Below are positions 20,662 to 30,736 of a DNA stretch of 64,000 nucleotides, piece after piece. The translations under genes and the position numbers were made by a program. Source of the DNA: a virus. The notes beneath the pieces are model-generated. The model was not told the DNA's origin. It saw only the letters and a list, made by a program, of their open reading frames with translations, and did not search any database. The first letter of the stretch is position 1. Every line of letters begins with the position of its first letter. The DNA lies in IMG/VR virus record IMGVR_UViG_3300020573_000227, positions 1 through 64,000 of that record; one strand, 5' to 3'.

Positions 20662-22032
20662 ATGTCATATTTCCGTTCATATTTTGAGAAGAATAATACC
20701 ATCATTAAAAATTCTCAGGTTAACACCGCAAAAAACCCAACAACTGAGATTTTTTATGGTTCTGGTTTTTCTAAATTTCTATTTAAAGTCGATTTTACTG
20801 ACTTAATATCTAAAGTTACTTCTGGTGAATATGTTGTTACCCCAAGTACAACACACACACTTCATTTAACAAATACCATATTTGGTGATGAGACATTCTT
20901 AGGTGCTAAAAGAGGTACGGGTAGACAAAGAACTAATTCATTTGATTTAATATTATTTCAAATACCTGAATTTTGGGACGAAGGATTGGGATTTGATTAC
21001 GAAGACGGTGGGTATGACTTCACCACAGGTAATGTCACTTTCGACGAAAGACCATCCAACTGGTACAACAGAACAACAATAAATGAATGGACATCTGAAG
21101 GTGTTTATGGAACCACACCAACAATCGTTGATACAATACATTTTGATAACGGTAATGAGGATTTAAATGTTGATATAACAAGTTATGTAAACGGGATTAT
21201 TACGGGAAACACAAATCATGGTTTAGGATTGGCATTTGCGGTGGTGTACCAAGACTTAACACCCGAGGTTGATAGGTCAGTTGCTTTCTTTACAAAATAC
21301 ACACAAACATTTTTTGAACCGTACGTTGAATCTTTCTTTAATGATAGAATTAACGATGATAGAAACAATTTTGTGGAAAAAGTCAATCAAAATTTATATC
21401 TATACGTGACTAAGGGAACTAATTTCTATGATTTAGATACTTTACCTACGGTAGACATTTTAGATAGTACTAACACTATAATATCGGGTTTATCCAACCT
21501 AACCTCAACAAAAATAAAAAAGGGGGTTTATAAAATCACATTTGGTTTGGATGGTGTGTTGTGTGACGGAAGAAGATTCTTTTTCGATAAATGGAAAGGT
21601 TTAAGTTTAGATGGTGTAGACATTTCAGATGTAACACAGAAATTCATTCCTAAACCTTATACGTCTTTATATACTGTCGGTCAAAATCAAACAGATTTAG
21701 ATAGATATGTGATACAATTTTTTGGTATAAAACAAAATGAGAAAGTTAAAAGAGGTGAGAAACGCAAAATCGTTGTAACATTCAGATCTATTAATAATCC
21801 GATAAATACATTATTTGATGAGGTTTATTATAGATTATTCATCAAAGAAGGAAGAACTGATGTGATTGTTCATGATTGGACACAAATCGATGTAACAAAT
21901 GAAAATTCATTTACATTAGACACTTCCATTTATATACCAAGAGAATACTATATGGAAATAAAAGGTAAGACTCATAATGAGGAAATATTCTATAATGAGC
22001 ACATTAAATTCGAAATATTATCCGAGAAATAA
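20662..22032 (+). CDS. Putative virion structural protein
   Basis: 456 aa beta-rich; WDEGLG...LNVDITSYVN...NHGLGL (DNRLRE-like pattern). Confidence 0.5.
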   Translation: MSYFRSYFEKNNTIIKNSQVNTAKNPTTEIFYGSGFSKFLFKVDFTDLISKVTSGEYVVTPSTTHTLHLTNTIFGDETFLGAKRGTGRQRTNSFDLILFQIPEFWDEGLGFDYEDGGYDFTTGNVTFDERPSNWYNRTTINEWTSEGVYGTTPTIVDTIHFDNGNEDLNVDITSYVNGIITGNTNHGLGLAFAVVYQDLTPEVDRSVAFFTKYTQTFFEPYVESFFNDRINDDRNNFVEKVNQNLYLYVTKGTNFYDLDTLPTVDILDSTNTIISGLSNLTSTKIKKGVYKITFGLDGVLCDGRRFFFDKWKGLSLDGVDISDVTQKFIPKPYTSLYTVGQNQTDLDRYVIQFFGIKQNEKVKRGEKRKIVVTFRSINNPINTLFDEVYYRLFIKEGRTDVIVHDWTQIDVTNENSFTLDTSIYIPREYYMEIKGKTHNEEIFYNEHIKFEILSEK

Positions 22033-22047
22033 AACTATTTATTTATT

Positions 22048-22797
22048 ATGAAATTAGAAGAAATAATTAAAAAACATCTTAATAAGGTTGTTAAAGAAAA
22101 TGAATCAACCGAAAATTACATGTTTTTCAGTAATATACAACAAATACACAGACAATGTGAAATGTTGATGAAAATGAATCCACAGGAATTAGACCAAATT
22201 ATTAAAAATGGTCATGATTGGGCGGATGATCATGTATCTGAAGCAAAGAACAACATGGACCAAGTTTTTGATTTCTTTATGAACGAAACAAAACGTAACG
22301 ATAAAGAAAATGTCACAGCTGATATGAATCAGTTTAGTGTGAACGAAGAAAAACAACTTGATGAAAAATGTTGGGATGGTTACAAACGAATCGGTGGTAA
22401 GAAAAAAAATGGGAAAATGGTACCAAATTGTGTACCTACAAATGAAGAAGAAAACCCATACGATGATGATGACGATAAATCGGACATCCACCCAACGGGT
22501 TCATCCGATTGGAGACACAAAAAGAAAAAAAATGAATCCACAAGTCCCGCACAACAAGCAGCAATTGCCATCAATATGAAGAAAGAAGGTAAAAAACCTA
22601 AAAATGAATCAGAAAGGGAAATGTACGAAGCTATGGAAATAGATGAAAGTAAAAACTGTCCTACAGATCCTGCAAAATGGGCAGCATCTAAAGCTAAAGC
22701 TAAAGCCAAATTTGACGTTTATCCTTCAGCATATGCAAATGGTTTCGCGGCAAAAGATTATAAATCAAAAGGTGGTGGTTGGAGAAAATGTAAATAA
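22048..22797 (+). CDS. Modular basic protein, probable head-internal protein
   Basis: Modules KCWDGYKRIGGKKKNGKMVPNCVP and KFDVYPSAYANG...YKSKGGGW separated by xxE sites. Confidence 0.55.
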   Translation: MKLEEIIKKHLNKVVKENESTENYMFFSNIQQIHRQCEMLMKMNPQELDQIIKNGHDWADDHVSEAKNNMDQVFDFFMNETKRNDKENVTADMNQFSVNEEKQLDEKCWDGYKRIGGKKKNGKMVPNCVPTNEEENPYDDDDDKSDIHPTGSSDWRHKKKKNESTSPAQQAAIAINMKKEGKKPKNESEREMYEAMEIDESKNCPTDPAKWAASKAKAKAKFDVYPSAYANGFAAKDYKSKGGGWRKCK

Positions 22798-23562
22798 ATG
22801 AATTTACAAGAACAGATAAGTAGAATGGAAAAAATGATGGGACTGTCCGAAGGGATGGTTCAATCAAATGCGTGGAAACCAATAGGAAAAACGATAGAAA
22901 TTCTAAAAAATAAAAAAAAAGTTCTACTATTAAGTTGTTCTAACAGATATAATTGGGATGAGAAAAATGTCGACGTACCCAAATCAAAATTATTAGCAAC
23001 ATATATTCACGAAGAATTGGGTGATAATTCAACTCTAATTGATGTTACCGACCTTAAAATATTACCTTGTGAGGGTAACGTATCGAGAAAAGAAGGTAAC
23101 AGTTGTGGGGTATTAAAAGCAAAATTAAAAGATAAAGACAAAAACCCAAGTGGTGAACACAGATGTTGGGTTAACATTAACGAAAAATCAGACGAACTTT
23201 GGAAAATATCTAAAGAATTACTTGAGTCTGATGCGGTTGTTTTCTTCAGTTCAATTAGGTGGGGTCAAACCAATATGTATTATCAAAATTTGATTGAAAG
23301 ATTAACATGGTTACAAAATAGACATTCAACTTTAGGTGAAAGCAATATCATTAAAAATATAGAATCTGGATTTATTTGTGTTGGACATAATTGGAACGGA
23401 GAAAATGTTAATAATACTCAAATGAAGGTTCATGAATTTTACGGGTTTAAAATCAATAAAGATTTATATTGGAATTGGCAATACACTAAAAATGTTCATG
23501 AAGAATCGTTAAAATCATATAAAGATTCTCACGATAAATTCATAAAAGATACTAGAATATAA
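22798..23562 (+). CDS. NAD(P)H-dependent FMN reductase / flavodoxin-like protein with N-terminal tag
   Basis: KVLLLSCSNR...LKILPCEG...LLESDAVVFFSSIRWG...LIERL. Confidence 0.75.
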   Translation: MNLQEQISRMEKMMGLSEGMVQSNAWKPIGKTIEILKNKKKVLLLSCSNRYNWDEKNVDVPKSKLLATYIHEELGDNSTLIDVTDLKILPCEGNVSRKEGNSCGVLKAKLKDKDKNPSGEHRCWVNINEKSDELWKISKELLESDAVVFFSSIRWGQTNMYYQNLIERLTWLQNRHSTLGESNIIKNIESGFICVGHNWNGENVNNTQMKVHEFYGFKINKDLYWNWQYTKNVHEESLKSYKDSHDKFIKDTRI

Positions 23563-23563
23563 T

Positions 23564-23842
23564 ATGAAAATTATCATAACCGAAAATCAAAAGAAGAAGA
23601 TTATGAATAGTAGTAGTTGGAAGGAAGTTAATAACAGACTCACCAAAACATATTATTTCAAAGATTATAAGAAAGTTATGTCATTTGTTGATGGGGTAAT
23701 GAAGATTGCCGATAAACAGAATCATCATCCAGATATGACCGTTCATTATGACCATGTGAAATTATCAATTACAGACCACGATAAGGGTAAAGTATCAGAC
23801 AAATGTCATAAATTCACTAACGAAGTTGATAAATTGTCTTAA
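23564..23842 (+). CDS. phhB: Pterin-4-alpha-carbinolamine dehydratase
   Basis: LTKTYYFKDY...ADKQNHHPD...TDHDKG. Confidence 0.85.
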   Translation: MKIIITENQKKKIMNSSSWKEVNNRLTKTYYFKDYKKVMSFVDGVMKIADKQNHHPDMTVHYDHVKLSITDHDKGKVSDKCHKFTNEVDKLS

Positions 23843-23860
23843 AAATTAATATTTATAATT

Positions 23861-24610
23861 ATGAAAATAGTCGTTTCAAAAGAAGATAAAGAATATATAG
23901 TAGAATCTATAAAATCAGGAGAAGTTTTAAGAGAAGACCTTGCAAGATGGTTTAAAGAAAAGTGGGTAGATGTTAGTAAAAAGGTAGATGGTAAACACCC
24001 ACCTTGTGGCAGAAAAGATGCTGATGGTAAATCCTATCCAAAATGTAGACCTTCTAAAAAGGTATCTAAAGAAACTCCAAAAGTTGCATCATCTTATGAT
24101 AAAAAAGAAAAGAAAGCAATGACATCACAAAAAAGAAGAGCGGAAAAAAAGGACCCTAAGGTTGGTAAAGGTAATAAACCAACAATGACCAGATTTGACG
24201 AACAAAAAACTAAAAAAATGATTATAAGTATAACTGAAGACCAATTTGAAAGATTATTTGAATTTAACGAAGAGACTCCTGTTTTATTATTTGAGGATGA
24301 ATTTGGTTCAATCGAAAAAACCAACCTCGAATCTACCAATATGTTAAACGAGGCGGAATACCAAGGACGTAAGGTTCAGTTAGGTAAAATAATGCAAGGT
24401 GACATCAAGAAGTTTAAAGTATATGTTAAAAACGATAAAGGTAAAGTCGTTAAGGTAAACTTTGGATTTGGTGGTAAATCTGCTAAAGGTAAAAGAATGG
24501 TTATTAAAAAGAATAACCCAGAAAGACGTAAATCATTTAGAGCAAGACATAATTGTGAGAATCCGGGTCCACGTTGGAAACCAAGATATTGGGCTTGTAG
24601 AACTTGGTAA
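23861..24610 (+). CDS. Two-module basic protein, probable head-internal protein
   Basis: LARWFKEKWVD...CGR...YPKCRP and AEYQGRKV...RRKSFRARHNC...RYWACRTW modules. Confidence 0.55.
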   Translation: MKIVVSKEDKEYIVESIKSGEVLREDLARWFKEKWVDVSKKVDGKHPPCGRKDADGKSYPKCRPSKKVSKETPKVASSYDKKEKKAMTSQKRRAEKKDPKVGKGNKPTMTRFDEQKTKKMIISITEDQFERLFEFNEETPVLLFEDEFGSIEKTNLESTNMLNEAEYQGRKVQLGKIMQGDIKKFKVYVKNDKGKVVKVNFGFGGKSAKGKRMVIKKNNPERRKSFRARHNCENPGPRWKPRYWACRTW

Positions 24611-25051
24611 TTAATAATATTTCACATCAACCCCACATTCAAGGAGGAGTTGGAGAGATTTCTTTTGAGATTCATCCCACTTCTCCTTATTTTTTGTAGT
24701 ACATACCTCTTTACAGTAAACGATTTTAATCCCACTATTCACTATACCTCTGGCACAGTCCATACATGGTAATCCAGAGGTAAGATATATTGTTGAGTTT
24801 TTTAATGGTGTACCCACCCGAGCGGCATTATAAATGGCATTACGTTCAGCATGTTCAAACCAGAAGTATTTTTCAGGTCTTTCCTGACGTTCTTGTAATG
24901 AATCGTCCAAACCCCTTGGAAATGAATTATAACCCGTAGAGAGGACCTCATTATCGATTCCTACGATAACGGCACCTATCTGTGTAGATTGGTCCTTAGA
25001 TTTCAGTTTTACCTGTTCTGCGATGTTCAAAAAATATTCTGTCCAATTCAT
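24611..25051 (-). CDS. dCMP deaminase
   Basis: Likely start MNWTEYF; TGYN, HAERNAI, PCMDC zinc motif. Confidence 0.92.
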   Translation of the reverse strand: MNWTEYFLNIAEQVKLKSKDQSTQIGAVIVGIDNEVLSTGYNSFPRGLDDSLQERQERPEKYFWFEHAERNAIYNAARVGTPLKNSTIYLTSGLPCMDCARGIVNSGIKIVYCKEVCTTKNKEKWDESQKKSLQLLLECGVDVKYY

Positions 25052-25364
25052 TATATTAACTTTTGTGGTGACCAATACCAAACCCTATTATCTGAATATC
25101 TATTGAGTGACCAAGCATCCTTTTTTTCTTTTAATTTACTTATTTGTAGTAAATCTGTGCGATTTCTAATATCAATACCGACGTTATAACCACCTTCAGA
25201 TTTTTCATAGATAGTATTGTTCATTGGGGGTTCATATTTTCCCTCATCATCTAATTTTAACATTTTAATCATCTCATCCTTCTTCATTTTACACTCAATA
25301 CCTCTTGTGTGTATCATTTTTTCAAGGACGTCCAATCTTAATTTACTATAATCTACTTCAGACA
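25051..25364 (-). CDS. Hypothetical protein (start uncertain)
   Basis: MSEVDYSKLRLDVLEK..., coupled to the deaminase start. Confidence 0.45.
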
Positions 25365-25404
25365 TAACGCAAATATAAGAAATATTCTGGAATATACCAA
25401 AAAT

Positions 25405-25435
25405 AAAAAACCCCCACATTTCTGTGAGGGTTTTT
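25405..25435 (-). terminator. Intrinsic terminator after the major capsid gene
   Basis: AAAAACCCCCAC-ATTTCT-GTGAGGGTTTTT hairpin with T-runs on both strands. Confidence 0.7.
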
Positions 25436-25455
25436 AGTATGATAAATCATTAAGA

Positions 25456-27201
25456 TTATCTTAAAGTATCCAAACTGAATGTTTGTAAACCACTTACGTT
25501 AATCAAACCAAAGTAACGGTTGTTAACCATTTTCTTAGCGTATCTAGTCATGATACCCTTGATTGGAGTGAAGTTAAATGGATTGTACATTGTTGGAGTT
25601 AATTGTAATGGCACATATGGTGCGTATACATAACCTGCATCTAACAAAGATTTACCTTTGTGACCGATTAAGATTTTACCTGCTGGGAAGTAAGGATCAC
25701 GGTATACTTGGTAGCGACCTGCCAATGAACCGATTTTCTCGATACCCATGTTGTAAGAATCTTGCTCAGGAGCTGCGTTAGAAACGTGGAAATACTCTAA
25801 ATCATCGAATACTGCAGAAACTTCTGAAGATACAACGATCCAGTTAGCACCACCTCTTAACGTAGTCTTGTGGATTTGTGCAGAGATTTGGTTAACTTTA
25901 GTAACTAAAGTTTGGTTCCAATCTTTTTGAGTGTAACCTTGGAACGGAGTGTTTCCACTAGCACCATATTTCCACTCATTGTAATCCCATTTTGCAGTCC
26001 AAGCCGCACCTTTACGTAAGTCACGTAAGATTTCACGGTCAACCTCAGCAGCGATTTGCTCAGATAACAATGCTGTTAATTCAGCCTCAGCATCGATGTT
26101 GTGGAACGCACTAACGTCTTGTGCCAATTCTGGAGACCAGCTTGCTCTTAATTTTCTTTCAGTTACAGAAACTGTTACTGATTCTAAATCAAAAGAAACC
26201 TCACCAATTTCATCTTCAAATTCTAAAGATGCGTATTGACGATAAGTTACTTGGAAATCTGTTTTTGCTAATGTAGAACTTGCTACAACGTAATCAGAGA
26301 AACCTGAAGTTGCAGAGTAAGCTTGTAAATCAACATTGATGTAGATGAAACCATCACCATCACAGATATCATTATACTTACCTGTTACACTTGAAGATCT
26401 TTGACCGTATTCAACAATACCTTTACCGTATTTCTGAGTTACGATATTGATTGGTAATTCTTGAGTACCAGTGTGTCCAGTTAAAGCTGCATCAATACCT
26501 TTTACAGTTAATGAAGCTAAAAACTCTTCAGTGTCCATTTCGTTACCGTTAGGACCTGCTAATTTTCCAGCACCTGTTTGGGTGAAACCAGAAACTTTCA
26601 AAATCACGTTAGATACTGAAGTACCTGTTGCGATTGCTGATGCCGCTGAAGCAACACCTGCAGAGAAAGTAACCATATCAGCAACAGTTGCGGAAACTGT
26701 AGTGAATGAACCTTTTGAATAATCAAAAAGACCTTGATCGTTTGCGTCAGATCCTTCGTAGAATCTATCGTACAAGTTAGTACCTGTGTAACCAGTTGTT
26801 GCACTTGCTCCACCAGCTCCACCAGGGATACCGTAAGGTGCGTAGTGACCGTTACTTGCGTTTCTTTCTTGAATTTTAGGTACGAAGTAGAATAATTTAC
26901 CGATAGGTAAGTTCATTGCTTGTACTGAAACGATGTCGTTTGCTAATAATTTAGAGAATACACGACGGATAATTGGGAAAACTACTGTCTCGAAAGAACC
27001 ACTAGCATCAGAAACTGCTGCTTCGTTGATTAAATAAGACGCTTGGTTTTCATACAATTGCGCGATGTTATCTTTTTGGTGACCGTCTAATCCGTCAAGG
27101 AATCCTAAGTCATCCCATTTTTTGATGGTATCTTCTTTGATAACTCTAAGGTGTTTTAAACCGATGTTACCTACCATACCTGATTCTAATAATGCTCCCA
27201 T
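25456..27201 (-). CDS. gp23: Major capsid protein (T4 gp23-like)
   Basis: IAQLYENQ; LLANDIVSVQAM; RKLRASWSPELAQD...DAEAELTALLSEQIAAEVDREI; YAPYVPL; GIMTRY. Confidence 0.97.
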   Translation of the reverse strand: MGALLESGMVGNIGLKHLRVIKEDTIKKWDDLGFLDGLDGHQKDNIAQLYENQASYLINEAAVSDASGSFETVVFPIIRRVFSKLLANDIVSVQAMNLPIGKLFYFVPKIQERNASNGHYAPYGIPGGAGGASATTGYTGTNLYDRFYEGSDANDQGLFDYSKGSFTTVSATVADMVTFSAGVASAASAIATGTSVSNVILKVSGFTQTGAGKLAGPNGNEMDTEEFLASLTVKGIDAALTGHTGTQELPINIVTQKYGKGIVEYGQRSSSVTGKYNDICDGDGFIYINVDLQAYSATSGFSDYVVASSTLAKTDFQVTYRQYASLEFEDEIGEVSFDLESVTVSVTERKLRASWSPELAQDVSAFHNIDAEAELTALLSEQIAAEVDREILRDLRKGAAWTAKWDYNEWKYGASGNTPFQGYTQKDWNQTLVTKVNQISAQIHKTTLRGGANWIVVSSEVSAVFDDLEYFHVSNAAPEQDSYNMGIEKIGSLAGRYQVYRDPYFPAGKILIGHKGKSLLDAGYVYAPYVPLQLTPTMYNPFNFTPIKGIMTRYAKKMVNNRYFGLINVSGLQTFSLDTLR

Positions 27202-27229
27202 TTTTTGAATATTTGTTTTTTAGTTTTTA

Positions 27230-28474
27230 TTATTTTATTTTTCCCATTAAATCTTTCATTCTCTTGAATTGTGGGTTTTCGTAAGCTTTCGCTTCAGCCA
27301 ACACTTGTTGAGATGATGATGTTGATGGAGTGTTAGAGATTTTTTCAACAACTGTTTCGGTAACTGTAGTTTTTGTACCTAATTCAGATTTGATAGTGTT
27401 GAATAAACCTTTAGATTCATTCATAGTAGAAACTGAATCAAATCTCTTTAATATGTTCAATTTCTCTTGTTTTGTTGTTGAATGTTCAGTGAATAAACGT
27501 GTAGCGTACGCTAAGTTTGCATTGAACACAGCAACTTCGTTAAGTTTTTCCTTGAAAAGAACTAACGCCTTTTTATATTCAGCATTTTGTTTCTTTAAAG
27601 TTTCAACCTCTTCGTTGATTCCAAAAACACCAGAACCTGCCTTGTAAGTTTTCTTACTTGGTAAACCTGCTCTATTAGCACCACCCTTATTTCCATGAGG
27701 GTTTGATTTAGTTCTCGCAGCTTCTGTAGCCTCAACTTTCTCAACGTCAGAATCTTCCTCTTCAGACATTTCACTATCTTTAGATTCTTCTTCCTCTTCT
27801 TCATCTAATTCAATTTCGTAAAGAGTTTCATCTTCAGCCATATCAGAATCCATAGTATCATCAGACATTTCGTCCATGTTCATACCCATTTCATCTCCAA
27901 CCTCAGTTTCTTCTTCACCATCAAGTTTGATGATATATTCGTCTTCGCCAGTTGACATTTCAACGTTATCTCCGTCTTTCTTAACTACGATACCATCTTC
28001 TGGTTTCATTGCTTTGAAAACTTTCAATACTTCGTCGTCAGATGCTCCTGTCATGTCCATAAAGTCATCTTCGTCATCCATTGACTCTTCACCATCTAAT
28101 GATAGTTCGTCGTCTAAAGATGGTTCTTCTTCTGAATCGTCAGATGCTGGTAATTCCTCACCATCTTCTTCAGAGTCTAAAGAATCGATTCCTTTAGTTG
28201 GGTCTTCGTTATCGAGGTCGTCTACATTTTCAGAATCGTCGGCATTTGCCTCATCATCTGACATATCATCTGTTTCCTCTTCATCAGAATCGGGTTGTTC
28301 AGACATTTCGGTGTCTTTTACTTCCTCTTCCTCTTCTTCCAATGATTCTTTAAGCAAATCGTTTAGTTCTTGCTTCATTGTTGACGCAAGTATACCTTTT
28401 GCATTTTGCTTCACGGCTTCTTCAAGAGTTTGTACTTGAAGTAACGCATTTTCTAAAATTGATTTTTCGCTCAT
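27230..28474 (-). CDS. Prohead core/scaffolding protein (gp22-like position)
   Basis: Very acidic middle and coiled-coil C-terminus; lies between protease and capsid genes. Confidence 0.75.
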   Translation of the reverse strand: MSEKSILENALLQVQTLEEAVKQNAKGILASTMKQELNDLLKESLEEEEEEVKDTEMSEQPDSDEEETDDMSDDEANADDSENVDDLDNEDPTKGIDSLDSEEDGEELPASDDSEEEPSLDDELSLDGEESMDDEDDFMDMTGASDDEVLKVFKAMKPEDGIVVKKDGDNVEMSTGEDEYIIKLDGEEETEVGDEMGMNMDEMSDDTMDSDMAEDETLYEIELDEEEEEESKDSEMSEEEDSDVEKVEATEAARTKSNPHGNKGGANRAGLPSKKTYKAGSGVFGINEEVETLKKQNAEYKKALVLFKEKLNEVAVFNANLAYATRLFTEHSTTKQEKLNILKRFDSVSTMNESKGLFNTIKSELGTKTTVTETVVEKISNTPSTSSSQQVLAEAKAYENPQFKRMKDLMGKIK

Positions 28475-28561
28475 TGTGAAATTTTTGTTTTTATTATCTT
28501 ATAAATACTTTGATTTTATGAAAAATTTACTTTTTCAATATAACTACACCAATAAAATTGA

Positions 28562-29245
28562 TTATTTGGATAAAAAACTATCCAAATTACCCATTAATTT
28601 AGCCATTCTATTGTCGAGAGTTGGTTTCTTCACTTCCGCCTCTTGATATTGTTCTCTTTCTGACGGATCACTAAAAATGTAGGCACCGGGTGTTGATGGT
28701 GACGATACTAAATCGAAACACACCAACTCAAAGTCCTCCTGAACAATATTTTGTCCTTTTACATTTTTAAGTGAACCAACACCACGAGAGGAGATACCTA
28801 ATGTTGCACCATTCATTATTAACATTGCGGCTTGGTCACCTTTAGTAGATACGATACCCATCTTCTTCCAACCTGGAGAAGTGAATAATTTTATCTTACC
28901 CATAAGGATTTTACCGTCCCACCACGTTTCAAGAATTGAATGTGATACCCTATCTAAGTCGATAAGTGAAGATGAAGGGTGATTTAATTCATTTAACGCA
29001 CCACCCTTCTTAATAAGATTTTGATATTTTTCGTTTTCTCTCTTTAATAAGACTTCAGGGTATATTCTACCATTCTTATTTGGAGTGTCGTATTTTTGTA
29101 AAACGGCAAAAAGAATAAGGTCTTCTGAGAAGTCCAAATTCTTCATTTCCGATATAATTTTCTTGTTGTCGTCAGGAGACACATGGCCAGCGTCATATTC
29201 AATCAATATTCCGTGTCCTGTTTCCTTTGGTCCTAATATTTTCAT
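28562..29245 (-). CDS. gp21: Prohead protease (T4 gp21-like)
   Basis: NKNGRIYP, ALNELNHP, VSH, LGISSRGVGS, FDLVSSPS. Confidence 0.93.
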   Translation of the reverse strand: MKILGPKETGHGILIEYDAGHVSPDDNKKIISEMKNLDFSEDLILFAVLQKYDTPNKNGRIYPEVLLKRENEKYQNLIKKGGALNELNHPSSSLIDLDRVSHSILETWWDGKILMGKIKLFTSPGWKKMGIVSTKGDQAAMLIMNGATLGISSRGVGSLKNVKGQNIVQEDFELVCFDLVSSPSTPGAYIFSDPSEREQYQEAEVKKPTLDNRMAKLMGNLDSFLSK

Positions 29246-29285
29246 TTATGGAATTAATATTCCTATAAATACATCAATATCTAAG

Positions 29286-29711
29286 TTATTTTTTAGTTTT
29301 ATAAAAATTGAACAACTTTTTGTCGTTTAAACCATCTTCCACCAAGTTTTCCATAAGATTTTTAACCATATGTTTCACTTCTTTTGATTTAACATCAAAT
29401 TGCCTATCAATGTATAGAGTCACCTCTAAATTCATGAAAGACCTTTTTTCAAGTTTTATTCCTTTTGTTCTTATATCCAAATCAACAATAGATTGTTGTT
29501 TAAAGTGTGGATTTTGTAAATTATAAATTATTTCTTTTATTTTACGTCTTGATTTAAGAATCGTATGATCAAAGTCATCCGTTTCATTATCTGGTTGTAA
29601 CCAAGAATTTAATTTTAAGTAAATTGTCTTTAAGTTTTTGTAATCTACGGTACCATAACCGATTTTTACATCTTGGTATGTCCCTAATGGGATATACTTT
29701 CCATTTTTCAT
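29286..29711 (-). CDS. Hypothetical protein in the head module
   Basis: 141 aa ORF. Confidence 0.6.
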   Translation of the reverse strand: MKNGKYIPLGTYQDVKIGYGTVDYKNLKTIYLKLNSWLQPDNETDDFDHTILKSRRKIKEIIYNLQNPHFKQQSIVDLDIRTKGIKLEKRSFMNLEVTLYIDRQFDVKSKEVKHMVKNLMENLVEDGLNDKKLFNFYKTKK

Positions 29712-29811
29712 TATTTCATCATATTATTTTATTTATGGTGTAATAAAAATATAAATAAAAAAACTTATAAATCCAAAAAATATTTTGTATATTTTAGAAT
29801 ACTTATATATT

Positions 29812-30003
29812 ATGATTGTAATTGATGTAACAAAAGAAAAAAGTCTTGAAAGTGCACTTAGAACTTATAAACACAAAGTTCAAAAAGTTAAACAAGTCCA
29901 ACAATTAAGGGAAAGAAAAGAATTCGTTAAACCCTCAGTTATTAAAAGAAAAGAAAAATTAAAAGCGGTGTACGTTCAACAAATAAAAAATGGTCTTAAT
30001 TAA
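29812..30003 (+). CDS. rpsU: Ribosomal protein bS21 (Bacteroidota type)
   Basis: ATG 29812: MIVIDVTKEKSLESALRTYKHKVQKVKQVQQLRERKEFVKPSVIKRKEKLKAVYVQQ; ALR..K and R.R.EF.KPS are bS21 signatures. Confidence 0.9.
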   Translation: MIVIDVTKEKSLESALRTYKHKVQKVKQVQQLRERKEFVKPSVIKRKEKLKAVYVQQIKNGLN

Positions 30004-30736
30004 GACCATTTTTTAATTCATTTAATCTGTAGTAATTATATTTTGAAGGTTTCATATCCTTTACTTCCTTCTCCACATTTGATAACTTATTTGTTAAATC
30101 CGTATCATTTGATTCACTTAAAAGTGAACCTACTTGAGTTAGAATACTTTCTTTAAGTTCTGTGGTTTTATTATTTAATTCATCTTCACTTAAAGAAAGA
30201 ATGTTTTTTAATTCTTCTTTCTGTGATTCATTCATTGTATTTGAATACAATACGTTAAAATTATTTGCTAACACTGCGTGTAACAAACTTTCGTTTGGTG
30301 TTACACTACTAGAAACACTCTCAACAATATCTTTTTTAGTTATTAAATGTTCAACCAATTTTTTCTTAGCCTTAACCTTCTTTTCTAAATTCGATAGAGT
30401 ATCTTCTTCAGATAAGTGATCTAACGCAGTATAAATTTCATTTTCGTTAATTTCAGAAACATTAACTTTCTCGTCCAATGATTGACAAAATCCTTTAAAC
30501 TCATTAGTCATTTGTTGTTTTAACATAGACCCCATCCCCTCAACGTATAATTGAGCAGTTTCCTTATCTTCAAAATATTTGTTCTCTATTTCTTCATAGA
30601 ATAGATAAAGTTCTTTAAAACTTTTATTTTCTTTAATTGTACCCAATATATCTTTTACCTCTTTCTTATTTTGTTTAGAATAAGATTCGGTTAATTTTGA
30701 TAATATCTTAGATTTTAATAATCCGAAATTTTTCAT
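29996..30736 (-). CDS. Hypothetical helical protein downstream of portal
   Basis: 246 aa; overlaps the portal stop. Confidence 0.6.
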   Translation of the reverse strand: MKNFGLLKSKILSKLTESYSKQNKKEVKDILGTIKENKSFKELYLFYEEIENKYFEDKETAQLYVEGMGSMLKQQMTNEFKGFCQSLDEKVNVSEINENEIYTALDHLSEEDTLSNLEKKVKAKKKLVEHLITKKDIVESVSSSVTPNESLLHAVLANNFNVLYSNTMNESQKEELKNILSLSEDELNNKTTELKESILTQVGSLLSESNDTDLTNKLSNVEKEVKDMKPSKYNYYRLNELKNGLN

